Both the position numbers and the translations under genes were made by a program. Shown here piece by piece: positions 21,671 to 32,861 of a stretch of DNA of 64,000 bases. The DNA comes from Histomonas meleagridis 2922-C6/04-290x (taxonomy: Eukaryota; Protista; Parabasalia). The notes below the pieces were generated by a model. That model made no database searches and had not been told where the DNA came from. It saw only the letters and a list, made by a program, of their open reading frames with translations. The stretch lies in contig JAANOX010000268.1 in NCBI GenBank assembly GCA_020184695.1, forward strand, positions 1 through 64,000, given 5' to 3'. Position 1 is the first letter of the stretch. Every line of letters begins with the position of its first letter.

Positions 21671-23440
21671 TTATTGTAATTGGTACTTAACTAGGTCAGC
21701 ATATAAACCATTTCTAGCTATTAATTCTTGGTGCGTTCCTTCTTCCACCACTTGACCATTTTGGAACAATAAAATTCTGTCTGCATTTATTACTGTAGCT
21801 AATCTATGAGCGACCAAAATGACTGTTCTATCTTTCCTAAACTTTTCTAAAGAATCATGTATTAGTCTTTCACTTTCTGTATCTAAAGCCGAAGTTGCTT
21901 CATCCAACAATAATATTGGTGAATTTGCTAGAATTGCTCTTGATATACAAATTCTTTGTTTTTGTCCACCACTTAAACTTGTTTGTCGAACAATTGATTT
22001 ATAACCATCTGGTAACTCAGTAATAAATTCGTGTGCGTTTCCAATTTGAGCTGCTTTGATGACTTCGTTTTTTGTGGCGTCTTCTTTTGAATAACGAATA
22101 TTATCCAAAATTGATGTTGAGAATAAAACAGGTGTTTGTGGAACAACAGCAATGTGTGATCGTAAATCAACTCCGGAAATCTTTGAGATATCTTGGTCAT
22201 CAATTAAAATTTGTCCACTTTCGATTTCATAAAATCTTTGAAGTAATTGGAGTGTTGTTGTTTTACCACAACCACTTTCACCAACAAAAGCTACTGTTTC
22301 ACCAGGATTTATTGTAAAACTTAGATTTTGGACAGCATATTTTTCTGTATTTTGATATTTGAAATATACATTTCGAAATTCGATTTTTCCTTTTACATTT
22401 TTAAGTTTATCACCTTCTTTACGATCAACTTCAGGTCTCATTTCAATAAGTTCTAGAATTTTTTGAGCTGAAATTGCAGATTTGTTCATATCATTAGAAA
22501 TGGAAACTGCTTGTGTTAATCCATCTACTGCCATAATTAATGAGAAGAAAACTATGAAAATATCTCCACTATGATAACCATAATATGATTTGTTAATAGC
22601 TAGATCACCACCAAAATAACAAATGCCTGCAACCATTAAATTTGAAAGTGTTGCTATAATTCCATCTTTTGTTCCTTGTGCTATGCCTGTTTTGAAGAAA
22701 ACATTATTAACAGAATCTAATTGTTCTTTATAATTTGCTGATTCATAAATTTCATTATCAAATGATTTAATTGTTCTAAATGATGAAATTGCTTCTTCTG
22801 CTTTATTATTTGCAGCTGTTAAACAATCATTATATTTTATCCAAATGTTTGCAATGATTTTGTCACCAATTACAAAAATTAAAAGGCAGAATAAAAGTAC
22901 AACTACTCCAGGAAATGCAAGTCTCCAACATTTTACAAATGAAATAATTATTCCAGCAAGAGATTCGCCTGTCTTTTGAAAAGAATTTAATAGTTTTTCA
23001 TAATAAGTTTCTTGTATCAATGTAATTTCTTGTGATAATCTACCAATAAGTACACCTGTTGGTGTCCGATCAAAGAAATCTATTCCTTGTTCAACCAAAT
23101 TCCTGTAAACTTTATCTCTTAAATCTCTTGCAAACGCTGAATTGCACCACGTTCTAATGGCAAATGAAGCTGCTCCTGCTATAAACATACCTATAACATA
23201 ATAAACCATATTCAAAATTACTGGGATAAAATCTTCTAGAAAATTATCACTTGAAAAAACATCGACCATATCGCCCATTAATATTGTCATTATTACAGGT
23301 AATGCCCCAACAGTAAAATGAAGAAAAACTGTTATAACTACTGCCCACTTATTTTTGATATATCTCATTATCCTAAAGTACTCGCATCCATTTGTAATCG
23401 GGGTTTCGTTTTCTGCTGCTGTTTGGGCACCACCTTCCAT
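21671..23440 (-). CDS. ABCB-family (MDR/TAP) half transporter
   Basis: TM domain followed by Walker A GESGCGKTT, signature LSGGQKQRICI and Walker B ILLLDEATSALD; first ATG at 23440. Confidence 0.95.
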   Translation of the reverse strand: MEGGAQTAAENETPITNGCEYFRIMRYIKNKWAVVITVFLHFTVGALPVIMTILMGDMVDVFSSDNFLEDFIPVILNMVYYVIGMFIAGAASFAIRTWCNSAFARDLRDKVYRNLVEQGIDFFDRTPTGVLIGRLSQEITLIQETYYEKLLNSFQKTGESLAGIIISFVKCWRLAFPGVVVLLFCLLIFVIGDKIIANIWIKYNDCLTAANNKAEEAISSFRTIKSFDNEIYESANYKEQLDSVNNVFFKTGIAQGTKDGIIATLSNLMVAGICYFGGDLAINKSYYGYHSGDIFIVFFSLIMAVDGLTQAVSISNDMNKSAISAQKILELIEMRPEVDRKEGDKLKNVKGKIEFRNVYFKYQNTEKYAVQNLSFTINPGETVAFVGESGCGKTTTLQLLQRFYEIESGQILIDDQDISKISGVDLRSHIAVVPQTPVLFSTSILDNIRYSKEDATKNEVIKAAQIGNAHEFITELPDGYKSIVRQTSLSGGQKQRICISRAILANSPILLLDEATSALDTESERLIHDSLEKFRKDRTVILVAHRLATVINADRILLFQNGQVVEEGTHQELIARNGLYADLVKYQLQ

Positions 23441-24005
23441 GAAAATGAGGTGAGTTTGCCCCACATTTACAACCTTCTGAAAATTGAATTATTAAATTTG
23501 GGATTGCGGGTTAATACTGAAATTTGACTAAATTTTCTTTTGAAATTTTCTGTTGCTCTGAAAAATTGGTTCAGCTGAAAAATTTTGAAGAACACAAAGC
23601 CACACTTTGATAATAAACAAAAATGAAACTGCAATTTCAGGGATCAACGAAATATGAAAATTATCACATAATAAAATAAATTTATTCTTCAAAAATATTC
23701 TCCAAATTTGATCAAATTCAAAACAATTTTTTTTAATTTTCAGCATATATTTTTGTTTCCACTAGCACTAGAGCACGTTAGACCAAAATTCTTTTTCAAC
23801 ATGAAAGGCAAATCCAAATAATTTGTATATTTTAAATCAAAAAATGAAAAATGTAAATTAAATGAGATTTCGTATATAAGTATAAATTAATTATCTTCTC
23901 TTAATCATTCTTATCTAATTTTCAAAAAAAAAAAAATGCAAACCTCATATAATACATGATAATTTTTATTTTTACATTTCAAAACATTTTATAAAAATTC
24001 ATTGT

Positions 24006-25870
24006 TTATCTTGAGGAAGTATTTTCTCTTATTACATTTTTTTCAAGAAGAATTTTGACTATTTCGATGTTATGATTTTGGGTTGCTTGCATAAGTGCTG
24101 TCCAAAATAATTTTAATAATTTCCAAATATTGTATTGAAATAAAAAATTATTTAAATAAATATTTTAAAAACTAATTATATATTTTTGATATTAATATCA
24201 ATTCCTTCTTGTTCAACAAGAAACTTAACTATTTCTCTGTGATTATTCCAAGAAGCGCGCATTAGTGCTGTTTCAAATAATTTGAATAATTTCCAAATAT
24301 TTTTTAATAACATCAAATTACAAAAATAAAATATATACAAAAAAAATAAATATTTTTAGCATTGGTATCGATACCTTTTTGTTCAAGAAGTAATTTAACA
24401 ATTTCTATGCAACCATAAGCAGATGCAATGATAAGTGCTGTTTCAAACATTTAAAACAATTTCCAAATATTAAATAAAAATATTAAATATATTTTTTTAA
24501 TATTTTATTAGTTAAATAAAAATTTTTAGTATTAATATCTATTCCTTCATGTTCAATTAGTATTTTCACAATTTCTATGTTATTATTCCAACAAGCGCAC
24601 ATAAGTGCTGTTTCAAATAATTTGAATGATTTCCAAATATTATCTTGAAACATACAATTATTTTTGATAACATTAAACAAAATAATTTAATATTTTTAGC
24701 ATTAATATCAATTCCCGTTTGCTCAACAAGTAATTTTATTATATCTATTTGGTTATTCCAAGATGCTAAAATAAGAATATTTTTTGGAATTTGATATTTT
24801 CGAATAAAATATTTAACAAGATATAAATTACCAATTTTTACTGCTGTATTAATAATATCATCACTAATTTTCATTTCTTCTTCTAAAAAAAATAAAATTT
24901 CATAATTTGCATTGATAATACAAGAATATACCAACTTATTTAAATTGTTGATTTTTTTTAATTTATTTTCATACAGATATTTAAAGATATCATTTTGATG
25001 AAATTCAATTACTGTTTCATATGCACCTTCAAATGATGAATGATTTTGTTCACATAAATGAATAATTTCAAGGTTTCCACCTGCAACTGCATATTTACCT
25101 GTGTTTTCTAATTTTGCATTATTTATAAGTAAATATTTAAAACATTTAACTGATCCAAAAAATGCTGCATAATCAATTAATGCAACATTTTCTTGATTAA
25201 TAAATGAACATCTTTCATAAAGTGATGGCTTAATAAATTGATCATAATCAAAATGTGTGAGTGATGATATTATTTGAAGTTTTTCTATTTCATCATTTCG
25301 AATTATTCTTGCAATTTTATTTGGTTTGTGTCCTTCTCTTATATACTTTTTATGAAGTGACCAATTATTCTTTGAAAGTTTTTCATAATTTTCCAGAAAA
25401 GTTTTTGTAAATAAATCATTAGGATTTCTTTTTATGTTTTCTTTTTCTGTTTTGTAATGAGCAAAATAGATTGAATCAATATCTTTTGCTATATTTACAT
25501 CAATTAAATTTTGTTCAATCATTTTTTCTATCAGATAATTTGATTCTTGTGATTTATTTTTCGATATATAATTCACAAACATGTGAATTATTTTTAAATT
25601 ATTTTTATTCATTTCTTCTTCTTTTGCTTGAATTTCCGTTAAATAACTTAAAAATATATCGCTTGTATTCTTTTGTGACAAAAACGAATTGTAAACCAAA
25701 TTACATATTAAAAGATTAAATGAATTAGGAAAATCTAAATCAAATAATTTCATTGTTTGATGAACTGCCAAATCTAAATTATCTTTCATTAAATTAAATA
25801 TAATTTGTTCAATGTCAAATAGTTGTTTCGCCTCCAAACCTTTTACTGTTTTTCCAATATGAATATGCAC
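24006..25870 (-). CDS. DUF3447-type ankyrin-repeat protein whose last four repeats are separated by 80-nt inserts
   Basis: LIDYAAFFGSVKCFKYL and YAVAGGNLEIIHLCE typical of the family. Downstream 30-codon units TALMCACWNNNIEIVKILIEHEGIDINTKN, TALIIASAYGCIEIVKLLLEQKGIDTNAKN and TALMRASWNNHREIVKFLVEQEGIDINIKN are stop-free. The terminal unit TALMQATQNHNIEIVKILLEKNVIRENTSSR ends at TAA 24006-24008. Start codon uncertain. Confidence 0.7.
24102..24691 (-). repeat. 170-nt-period array: 90-nt ankyrin unit plus 80-nt AT-rich insert (inserts 24612-24691, 24442-24521, 24272-24351, 24102-24181)
   Basis: agtgctg recurs every 170 nt; each insert was counted by hand at 80 nt, with AATATTTGGAAAT at insert positions 51-63. 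Confidence 0.9.
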
Positions 25871-26271
25871 TTTTCAAAAAACGTTATGTAAAAAGACGGT
25901 TTTGTATTGCACAATGTTACACATCTATCTATAAATGGAACTGATAAAAATCATTGTTTTAATTAAGTACATTAATTACAAGCTCACTCATTCACAAGGT
26001 AAAATATTCAAAACATTAAGATGAAATGTCTATAGACACACAACTAAACAATGAAAATAAAACATATAATTCTATATAATTTGTAAGCAAACAGAAATTT
26101 TAGCATATCTTCTGTCCATAAAAACACTTCTCCAGAAGAAGTGGCTGCAAAACGCCACAAGTGCATCAAACTTCTAAACACGTTCGATGCCAATCAGAAA
26201 AGAAGCACTTTTGCATAACGTTTCCAAAAAGTGTATTTATAAGACAAAGTTCTCTTCAACTAAATGTTTAC

Positions 26272-29200
26272 CTATGACATCGACATCGACATCGAATCTG
26301 ACATCGAATCTGACATCGAGCACGATAACATATCGTCGTACGATGATGAAGATGACAGATCCTTCTTTTGTGTTGGCGGACTCATTTTCATAGTCATGCT
26401 CAGTCTCCTTCCATTTAGTAATTTTCGGATTTTTATGTTTTGCTGTTGCTGTTGCTGCTGCTGCTGTTGCTGCTGTTGCACCACAGGCAGTTTCTTCTTC
26501 ACGTAGAACGCCGCGAGTTTTCCGATGTATTCGATGAGTTTCTCCTTCGGCACTTCCCTCTTCACAATTTCCGATACTTTTTGGCTTAGCAAATCGATGA
26601 TTTGTAAGTTTTCGTTTGTTATATCTTTTCCTATACCGACATCAGCTATTTGATCCAAGTGTTGTATGTTCATTACAGGCTTGTAAATCCTTTGGTACAT
26701 ATTATCCATAATTGTTGTTACATATTTTAGTTCATGGATTGATTGAATGAACTCTTTGAATCCATCATTAGTCGTTAAAGGTTTGGAATAACCATTTGTT
26801 ATAATGAATGAAATTTCTTTCATTAAGTCATTATATGAATCAATTGGTATAAATGGCTCATTCTCTTTTAAGAATGGAATTATTTCATTTGATACGAATT
26901 GGATTCGTTTTACTTTGTTCATGTTTTCTTTATTTGCATATTGTTTATTATTGATAATATCATTAGTTATATTAACAAATACTTCTTTGATTACTTCATA
27001 GATTGGTATTATATATTGAAATGAATTACCAAACCCTTCGCCATTTATTATGTTATTAATTTGATTTTGATTTATAATTAATAAATTGTTTTGTGTCGAT
27101 TCTTTAAGTTTCCCAAAAATAGTTTTATAACTTTGTAAACATTCATCGAATTTTTCATTTTCTGGATTAATGATGAAATTAGTTGAAAACTCAATAAAGA
27201 TTTTGTTGTCAATCGATGAATTTAATTCATTTAATCCTTTGACTATAAACTTCGATATTATATCAGACATTTTACCAGACAACTCTAACATTCCTAATCC
27301 TTTAACAGTGACTTCTGTTGTTACTGCTTTCTTACTAATTAATCCATTACATATGAATTCGGTGATAATAATATCATAAAACTCTTTAAATGATTTAACT
27401 TTCGGTATATTTAATTCAAGATGTGTATAATTTAATGGATTAATTTTACTTAATTCAACAAATGCAGTAATTTTTTCTAAATGATATTTAATATCTGGTT
27501 TTAATATTTGTAATAACCAAATTAAGATATAATCGGATTTAACTTTATAACAATTCTCAATGATTTCTATTATTTCATTAATTTGTGTTGGCTCTTTACC
27601 ATATATAAATTGATGATTAACATAACCAATACAATTAGCTACAATATAACGTGCAATGATAATTGATAAATTCTTTTTCTTTGATAATTCTTTTAAGTAA
27701 TTAAGTGTATCTTCATCAATAGGAAATGTAATATGATTAAATGTATTAATTAATATTGTCCCTACGAAATGTGGTGACATATTATATAAAAGTGAAGCCT
27801 TTTGTAATACTTTAATCATTTTAATATTAAATTTAAGACATTGATCATTATAATTAATACCAATTTTACTTGTTAATAACTTAAATATAATATGATTATA
27901 ATCAATGTTATCATAATCTAATGATAATAATATGACTGATATTAAATTATTAGGTACATTATATTGATTAGTTTTCTTATTATTCGATGTTTTAATTAAT
28001 TTATCAATGTTTAAGGTTTCATATGGAAAGACACGTGGATTTAAATTAACGTTTTGTTTGGAGAATATATTAATTTCTTGTTTAAATGTTTTAGGTGATA
28101 ATATATATTTAATTGTATCACTGAATAATGTATTTGGTTGAATGACTTTCTTTCCATATTTAGAAAGCTCTATAATAGTTTTAGCTGTTTCTTCTTCTGT
28201 TGTCTCGAAACGTTGATGTTGTACACCAAAGAATTTTTGTACAAATTGTTCTTTAGCTATATTTTGAGAATTTATTTGTACATTATAATTTTTATTTGTA
28301 GGAAATTGATTAATATTTTCGATATAACTCTTTAATATATTATTATTTTTCATTACATTTAATATTATTTCATTAGATTTTTGTGAATTTGTTATATTTA
28401 CATAATTAGTTTCTGATTTTTTAATTATTTCTTCTAACTTTTTCATATTATAATAATATCTTTGATATGCTTGGAATTCTAATGTTGTAGGGATTAAAGT
28501 AAAATTAATTTTTAATAATTTCGTTTCCATATTTTTCCGATAATATTTCAAATCATATAAATCATATGACATTATTGAATCATAATATTTAATGAGTTTA
28601 TCAGAATTATCAAATAATGCCGTTTGAAATGTCTTTGATACTATACTACGTAATGTTTGCACTAAATCTTTTGATAATGGAATTTGAATATTAAATGAAT
28701 TCTCTAATGGATAACCATATTCAGTATAATCATAAGCAAATTTATCATTAAAGTTAAAGAAATTATTTGGCATTTGTTTAATTAAGTTATTAAAGAAACT
28801 AATTTTATATTCAATTTTCTCCGAATTTGTTAATAAGCTTTTGAATGTATTTATTAATGAAATTGATTCATTATATATAAATTCCATAATTGTTATTAAT
28901 ACATTAACTGATGTCGTAAATTCAATTGTATATTCATTAATTAATTCAGTAAATCCATGATAACATTTTGGATTTATCTCATTAAAATATTGTATCGCAA
29001 TGAAATATTTGTTTCCATTTAATCCTTTAAAGTTTTCTGGTAATTTTATTTGTTCAAATTCATCTGATCTTTGTTTAAGTAATTTCGATAATTTATTAAA
29101 TGGAAGTTGTTCAAATATTCCAATTTTATTTGGGTCATTAACAAATATATTAATTTTATTCTTATAAACTTTGGGTTGTTCAATATATTTCTTAATTTTC

Positions 29201-31080
29201 TTTAATATTTCACTTGCGATTTTTACTGAAGTGACATTTGTTTTAGTATAAGGTGAATATGTATATACTAAATTATATAAAAGATTTAATAAATTTGGTG
29301 TATCTAAATTATTAATATATTTAACAAAATCAATTAAAATTTTGGTTTGATCAACTAATTCTAAAAATATCGGATTTGTTAATGTTTTGATGACTTCTTC
29401 ATTTTGGAATGTAATACAACTTTCACCAAAATCTCCAAGACAAAAACGTAAATATCGTAATGCGCATTCAACTGCAAATTTCTTCATGTCATCATTACTA
29501 AACAATGCTTCTTTGAGAAATGTATTAACTAAATATCGATAAGATATTAATGATCCTTTAATTTTTGTTGGTTCATTAGTTTCAACAAATTTGGAACTTA
29601 AAATGAAATCTTCTAAAATTGGTATCGAACATGTTTTATTATTTGTTTTAGTTAATTTGTTATTAGGGAATTTAACGACTGTTGTAATAAAACTATTTTC
29701 ATCTAATTTCGATTTCTTAAAGACTAATGAATGCTTTGTAATAGATGATAATAATAATACTGTTCGTATAAATGTTGGTGTTGCATTAGATGTAATAAAT
29801 GGTGAAAATTGGCCTTCTTTTGTGGGATGGAATATGATTTCTAATATTAATGTATCACGTGTTTGAGCATCTAAACAATACCATGGACAATATTCATTTA
29901 ATACAACAAATGGAAAATCATTAAAATCTTTTTTCATGAGTATAGTGACTAATGTGATCACTGTATTTGTATATTTCTCTATTGATATCTTCGATATTTC
30001 CGATTTTTTGGAGATTAATTTGGTGATGAGTGTATTGATTACCTTTAATGATAAATCAAATGAGGGATACATCATGTTTTCAGATAAAATATTTAAACTA
30101 AGTGCATCAAGAAATAGTGAAAGAATTTTCGAAGATGGATCTTGAATAAATTTGTCAGATATTACATCAGGCAAAATACTTTCAAGATATTGCCAGACAT
30201 CTGGATATTGTTCACGAATTTCAAATTTAATCCTTCCATAATACATGTCATCAATTACTACATTAATAAAATCACGAGGAATTTCACCTTTGATTTCACT
30301 TTTTAAACGGTTTACATACTCTGAAATGAGTTCTTCAGTGGAAAAAAGAGGATTCTGAGGAAACGAGGATATATCGTTGTTTGTATTGAAAGCAAGGTTT
30401 GCTGTTAAAGCCTTGTAAAGATCAGTAGATTTAATGCTTTTGGTTCCAATTTTTGATAGAGTTTTTTTGATTATTTCATATGATTTTGGATTTTTTGTTT
30501 GAAGTTTTGAATGCTTCTGAAGAATACTTAAGGCTTGATAATATGGATCTTTGAACTCTTTAATTTTTGTACTAAGAACTTCACAATAAACATTGAGAAT
30601 TGGTTCACGAACATGTGAAATGCCAAATATGTTCGAATTGAAAAATATGTTATTATATTGTGGTAACACAGGATCATCCTCTCCTTGAAGAATTCGTTGG
30701 AATTCTGCAAATGGTTGATTGGATGTATTGGCAAGAAGTAGCTTTTTGACAGTCTTGGGAGCAAGGCATGATACAATGTCAATTACATTATTTTTTACCC
30801 AAGGATGAACTATTGAATTTTGAATTATATCCTTTACAACTTCAAAAAGTGCAGGATATTGATCACATGACCTTCTAATAAACTTAATTAAATTTCTTCT
30901 ATAACTAGGGGTATTATCAAGAAGCTTAATGAGCTTTTCTTTTTCAATATCAGCGAAAAAATTATTTGTAATTTTATCATCGTGAAGGATGCTCACACTT
31001 AGACAATTAGAATACTGAATGAGAGTATCCCAGTCACGCTCTTTGAAAGCCTTATTGGCGATGAATGTATCAGAATCCAT
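26272..31080 (-). CDS. Large hypothetical protein (about 1600 aa, helical) with C-terminal polyQ and SD/SM repeats
   Basis: Uninterrupted 4.8-kb ORF in very AT-rich DNA; first ATG MDSDTF at 31080; Q12 tract near the end. Confidence 0.8.
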   Translation of the reverse strand: MDSDTFIANKAFKERDWDTLIQYSNCLSVSILHDDKITNNFFADIEKEKLIKLLDNTPSYRRNLIKFIRRSCDQYPALFEVVKDIIQNSIVHPWVKNNVIDIVSCLAPKTVKKLLLANTSNQPFAEFQRILQGEDDPVLPQYNNIFFNSNIFGISHVREPILNVYCEVLSTKIKEFKDPYYQALSILQKHSKLQTKNPKSYEIIKKTLSKIGTKSIKSTDLYKALTANLAFNTNNDISSFPQNPLFSTEELISEYVNRLKSEIKGEIPRDFINVVIDDMYYGRIKFEIREQYPDVWQYLESILPDVISDKFIQDPSSKILSLFLDALSLNILSENMMYPSFDLSLKVINTLITKLISKKSEISKISIEKYTNTVITLVTILMKKDFNDFPFVVLNEYCPWYCLDAQTRDTLILEIIFHPTKEGQFSPFITSNATPTFIRTVLLLSSITKHSLVFKKSKLDENSFITTVVKFPNNKLTKTNNKTCSIPILEDFILSSKFVETNEPTKIKGSLISYRYLVNTFLKEALFSNDDMKKFAVECALRYLRFCLGDFGESCITFQNEEVIKTLTNPIFLELVDQTKILIDFVKYINNLDTPNLLNLLYNLVYTYSPYTKTNVTSVKIASEILKKIKKYIEQPKVYKNKINIFVNDPNKIGIFEQLPFNKLSKLLKQRSDEFEQIKLPENFKGLNGNKYFIAIQYFNEINPKCYHGFTELINEYTIEFTTSVNVLITIMEFIYNESISLINTFKSLLTNSEKIEYKISFFNNLIKQMPNNFFNFNDKFAYDYTEYGYPLENSFNIQIPLSKDLVQTLRSIVSKTFQTALFDNSDKLIKYYDSIMSYDLYDLKYYRKNMETKLLKINFTLIPTTLEFQAYQRYYYNMKKLEEIIKKSETNYVNITNSQKSNEIILNVMKNNNILKSYIENINQFPTNKNYNVQINSQNIAKEQFVQKFFGVQHQRFETTEEETAKTIIELSKYGKKVIQPNTLFSDTIKYILSPKTFKQEINIFSKQNVNLNPRVFPYETLNIDKLIKTSNNKKTNQYNVPNNLISVILLSLDYDNIDYNHIIFKLLTSKIGINYNDQCLKFNIKMIKVLQKASLLYNMSPHFVGTILINTFNHITFPIDEDTLNYLKELSKKKNLSIIIARYIVANCIGYVNHQFIYGKEPTQINEIIEIIENCYKVKSDYILIWLLQILKPDIKYHLEKITAFVELSKINPLNYTHLELNIPKVKSFKEFYDIIITEFICNGLISKKAVTTEVTVKGLGMLELSGKMSDIISKFIVKGLNELNSSIDNKIFIEFSTNFIINPENEKFDECLQSYKTIFGKLKESTQNNLLIINQNQINNIINGEGFGNSFQYIIPIYEVIKEVFVNITNDIINNKQYANKENMNKVKRIQFVSNEIIPFLKENEPFIPIDSYNDLMKEISFIITNGYSKPLTTNDGFKEFIQSIHELKYVTTIMDNMYQRIYKPVMNIQHLDQIADVGIGKDITNENLQIIDLLSQKVSEIVKREVPKEKLIEYIGKLAAFYVKKKLPVVQQQQQQQQQQQQQNIKIRKLLNGRRLSMTMKMSPPTQKKDLSSSSSYDDMLSCSMSDSMSDSMSMSMS

Positions 31081-31243
31081 CAAAATTAAAACTGGAAAAT
31101 TGAGAAATCTGTTGTTCCAATTCAAACAACACAACGATACAGCTTTTTGACAGAGTCATTTCACTTCACATCATAAAATTCCGTACTTCACATAAAAAAA
31201 CGATTATATATCACACAAAACAAATTGAGCAAGTTTCAATGTT

Positions 31244-32503
31244 TTACTTCGATGCCTTTCTAAGTGCTTCTTCACCAAGTTTCTTTCCAAGCTCTTCGCA
31301 CTTGAACATATCAGTGTCATCAGGATTCCAAAGTGCCATAACCGGCTCAGCTATTTCCTTTGTCTTTGTTGGGAGGAAGAGTTGATTTCTAATTTCCTTT
31401 TGAACAACATCCTTTGACCAACCATAGGTACCGAAGATAGCGCCTGACTTGTCTCTAATGGCAAGACATTTGAGGTAGTTAAGATGCATTGCTAAGTCAG
31501 GAAGAATGCTTTCATGAAGACATGCTGATCCAACAGCAAGACATGCAGAATCAACAAGTTCTGTAGCAACGTTTGTAATGTGGGTTCTACGTGCATGGAA
31601 CATCTTAACATCAACTCCTGGAACTTTACCAGCACCACTTGCTATTGCAACAGCCATACGTTCAGTACCAAACCAGTTGCAATCGTAAAGAACAGAAACT
31701 TTAGCTGATGGTTTTTGGTTTGCCCAATCTGTGTAAAGTTTGATTCCATTGACGATATCTTGTGGGCGACGAAGACCAACACCATGAGCTGGAAGAACCA
31801 TGTTAATTCCTGGGAGTGAGCCTGCTGTCTTAAGGGCTTTGAGAACTGGGCGCTTAAGACGAAGAAGAATGTTAGCATAATATGATTTGAGTTGAGAAGC
31901 ATAAAGACATGGATCGATTTCATCATAGAAGCGCTTAGTTGAGCAGATGTGTTGACCAAAGGCATCGGATGAAAAGAGAATCTTTTCTTCTGGCATGTAA
32001 GTAACAGCAGATTCTGGCCAATGAGCCATTGGAACGCCAGCTAATACGACCTTCTTGTTGCCGAGATCAATAGTTTCACCAAGTTTGATTTCATGGTAGT
32101 TCCATTTCTTTGTATTATAAAAGCGAGAAAGAGTATCAAAGTTTTGCTTTGTAGCAAGGATCTTAATGTGTGGGAATCTGCTTGCGAGGCAAGGGAGACC
32201 AGATGTATGGTCTGGTTCTGCGTGTTGAATGATGATATTTTCAATTCCCTTAAGGTTTTCACCGTACATTGTTTGGAGCCTAGCAATCCATTGGTTAGCA
32301 AGTGTATGCTTTACAGCATCGATGATTGTTGGCTTAGTAGATTTAATGAGATAAGAATTATAACTTGTACCAATTGGTGCTTCCATTGAATGGAACTCTC
32401 TTAAATCCCAATCGTTGACACCAATCCAGAAAATATCCTTTGCGACCTCGGTGATACCGGCATCAATTTTTGACGATTTCCTTGTGAAAACAGTCCGAAG
32501 CAT
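31244..32503 (-). CDS. fprA: Flavodiiron protein (A-type flavoprotein, FprA-like), probably hydrogenosomal
   Basis: GTSYNSYLI, HAEPDH, HWPES, SSDAFG and PAHG diiron ligands plus a flavodoxin domain; short leader MLRTVFTRK; Inr TCACTT at 32515-32520. Confidence 0.93.
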   Translation of the reverse strand: MLRTVFTRKSSKIDAGITEVAKDIFWIGVNDWDLREFHSMEAPIGTSYNSYLIKSTKPTIIDAVKHTLANQWIARLQTMYGENLKGIENIIIQHAEPDHTSGLPCLASRFPHIKILATKQNFDTLSRFYNTKKWNYHEIKLGETIDLGNKKVVLAGVPMAHWPESAVTYMPEEKILFSSDAFGQHICSTKRFYDEIDPCLYASQLKSYYANILLRLKRPVLKALKTAGSLPGINMVLPAHGVGLRRPQDIVNGIKLYTDWANQKPSAKVSVLYDCNWFGTERMAVAIASGAGKVPGVDVKMFHARRTHITNVATELVDSACLAVGSACLHESILPDLAMHLNYLKCLAIRDKSGAIFGTYGWSKDVVQKEIRNQLFLPTKTKEIAEPVMALWNPDDTDMFKCEELGKKLGEEALRKASK

Positions 32504-32861
32504 CAGACAAATAAAAGTGATTGACTTATCACAAAATCAGTTTCAATACGCAACTCAAAATTAAGAAGAGCCGCTGATTGTAATCAATTGTAATTTTTAA
32601 CGGTTCGCTGATCACGAGTTTTTCTGTGAAATCCCGATATCTTTTGAATGGTTCAATGTTTCCACGGTCCTCAATTCCGGATTGCGCAAACAATTTTATG
32701 TAAACCTCTTAATTTAATTTTTTTTTGAGAGCGCCAAAAGGTTCTATGGGTGATGATAACCCAAATGAAAGCTTTTACTTTTTCTATAAACTTTGGAGGT
32801 TGTTACGAAAGCCTGCCGATATAAAACATGATGAAATGTGACTTGAAATATATAAACCGAA

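Noticed and set aside
24102-24691. Reading the 80-nt inserts as ordinary GT-AG or U12 AT-AC introns using AAACAG
   Set aside because: There is no GT donor at a frame-restoring position; using the AG in ACAG deletes the conserved D/N-T residues, one copy (44671) has ACGG, and there is no ATATCCTT or CTAAC signal.
32520-32860. Possible structured ncRNA (SECIS, RNase MRP/P or snoRNA) between FDP and the phosphoesterase
   Set aside because: Only short hairpins and isolated TGATGA words; no complete motif set.
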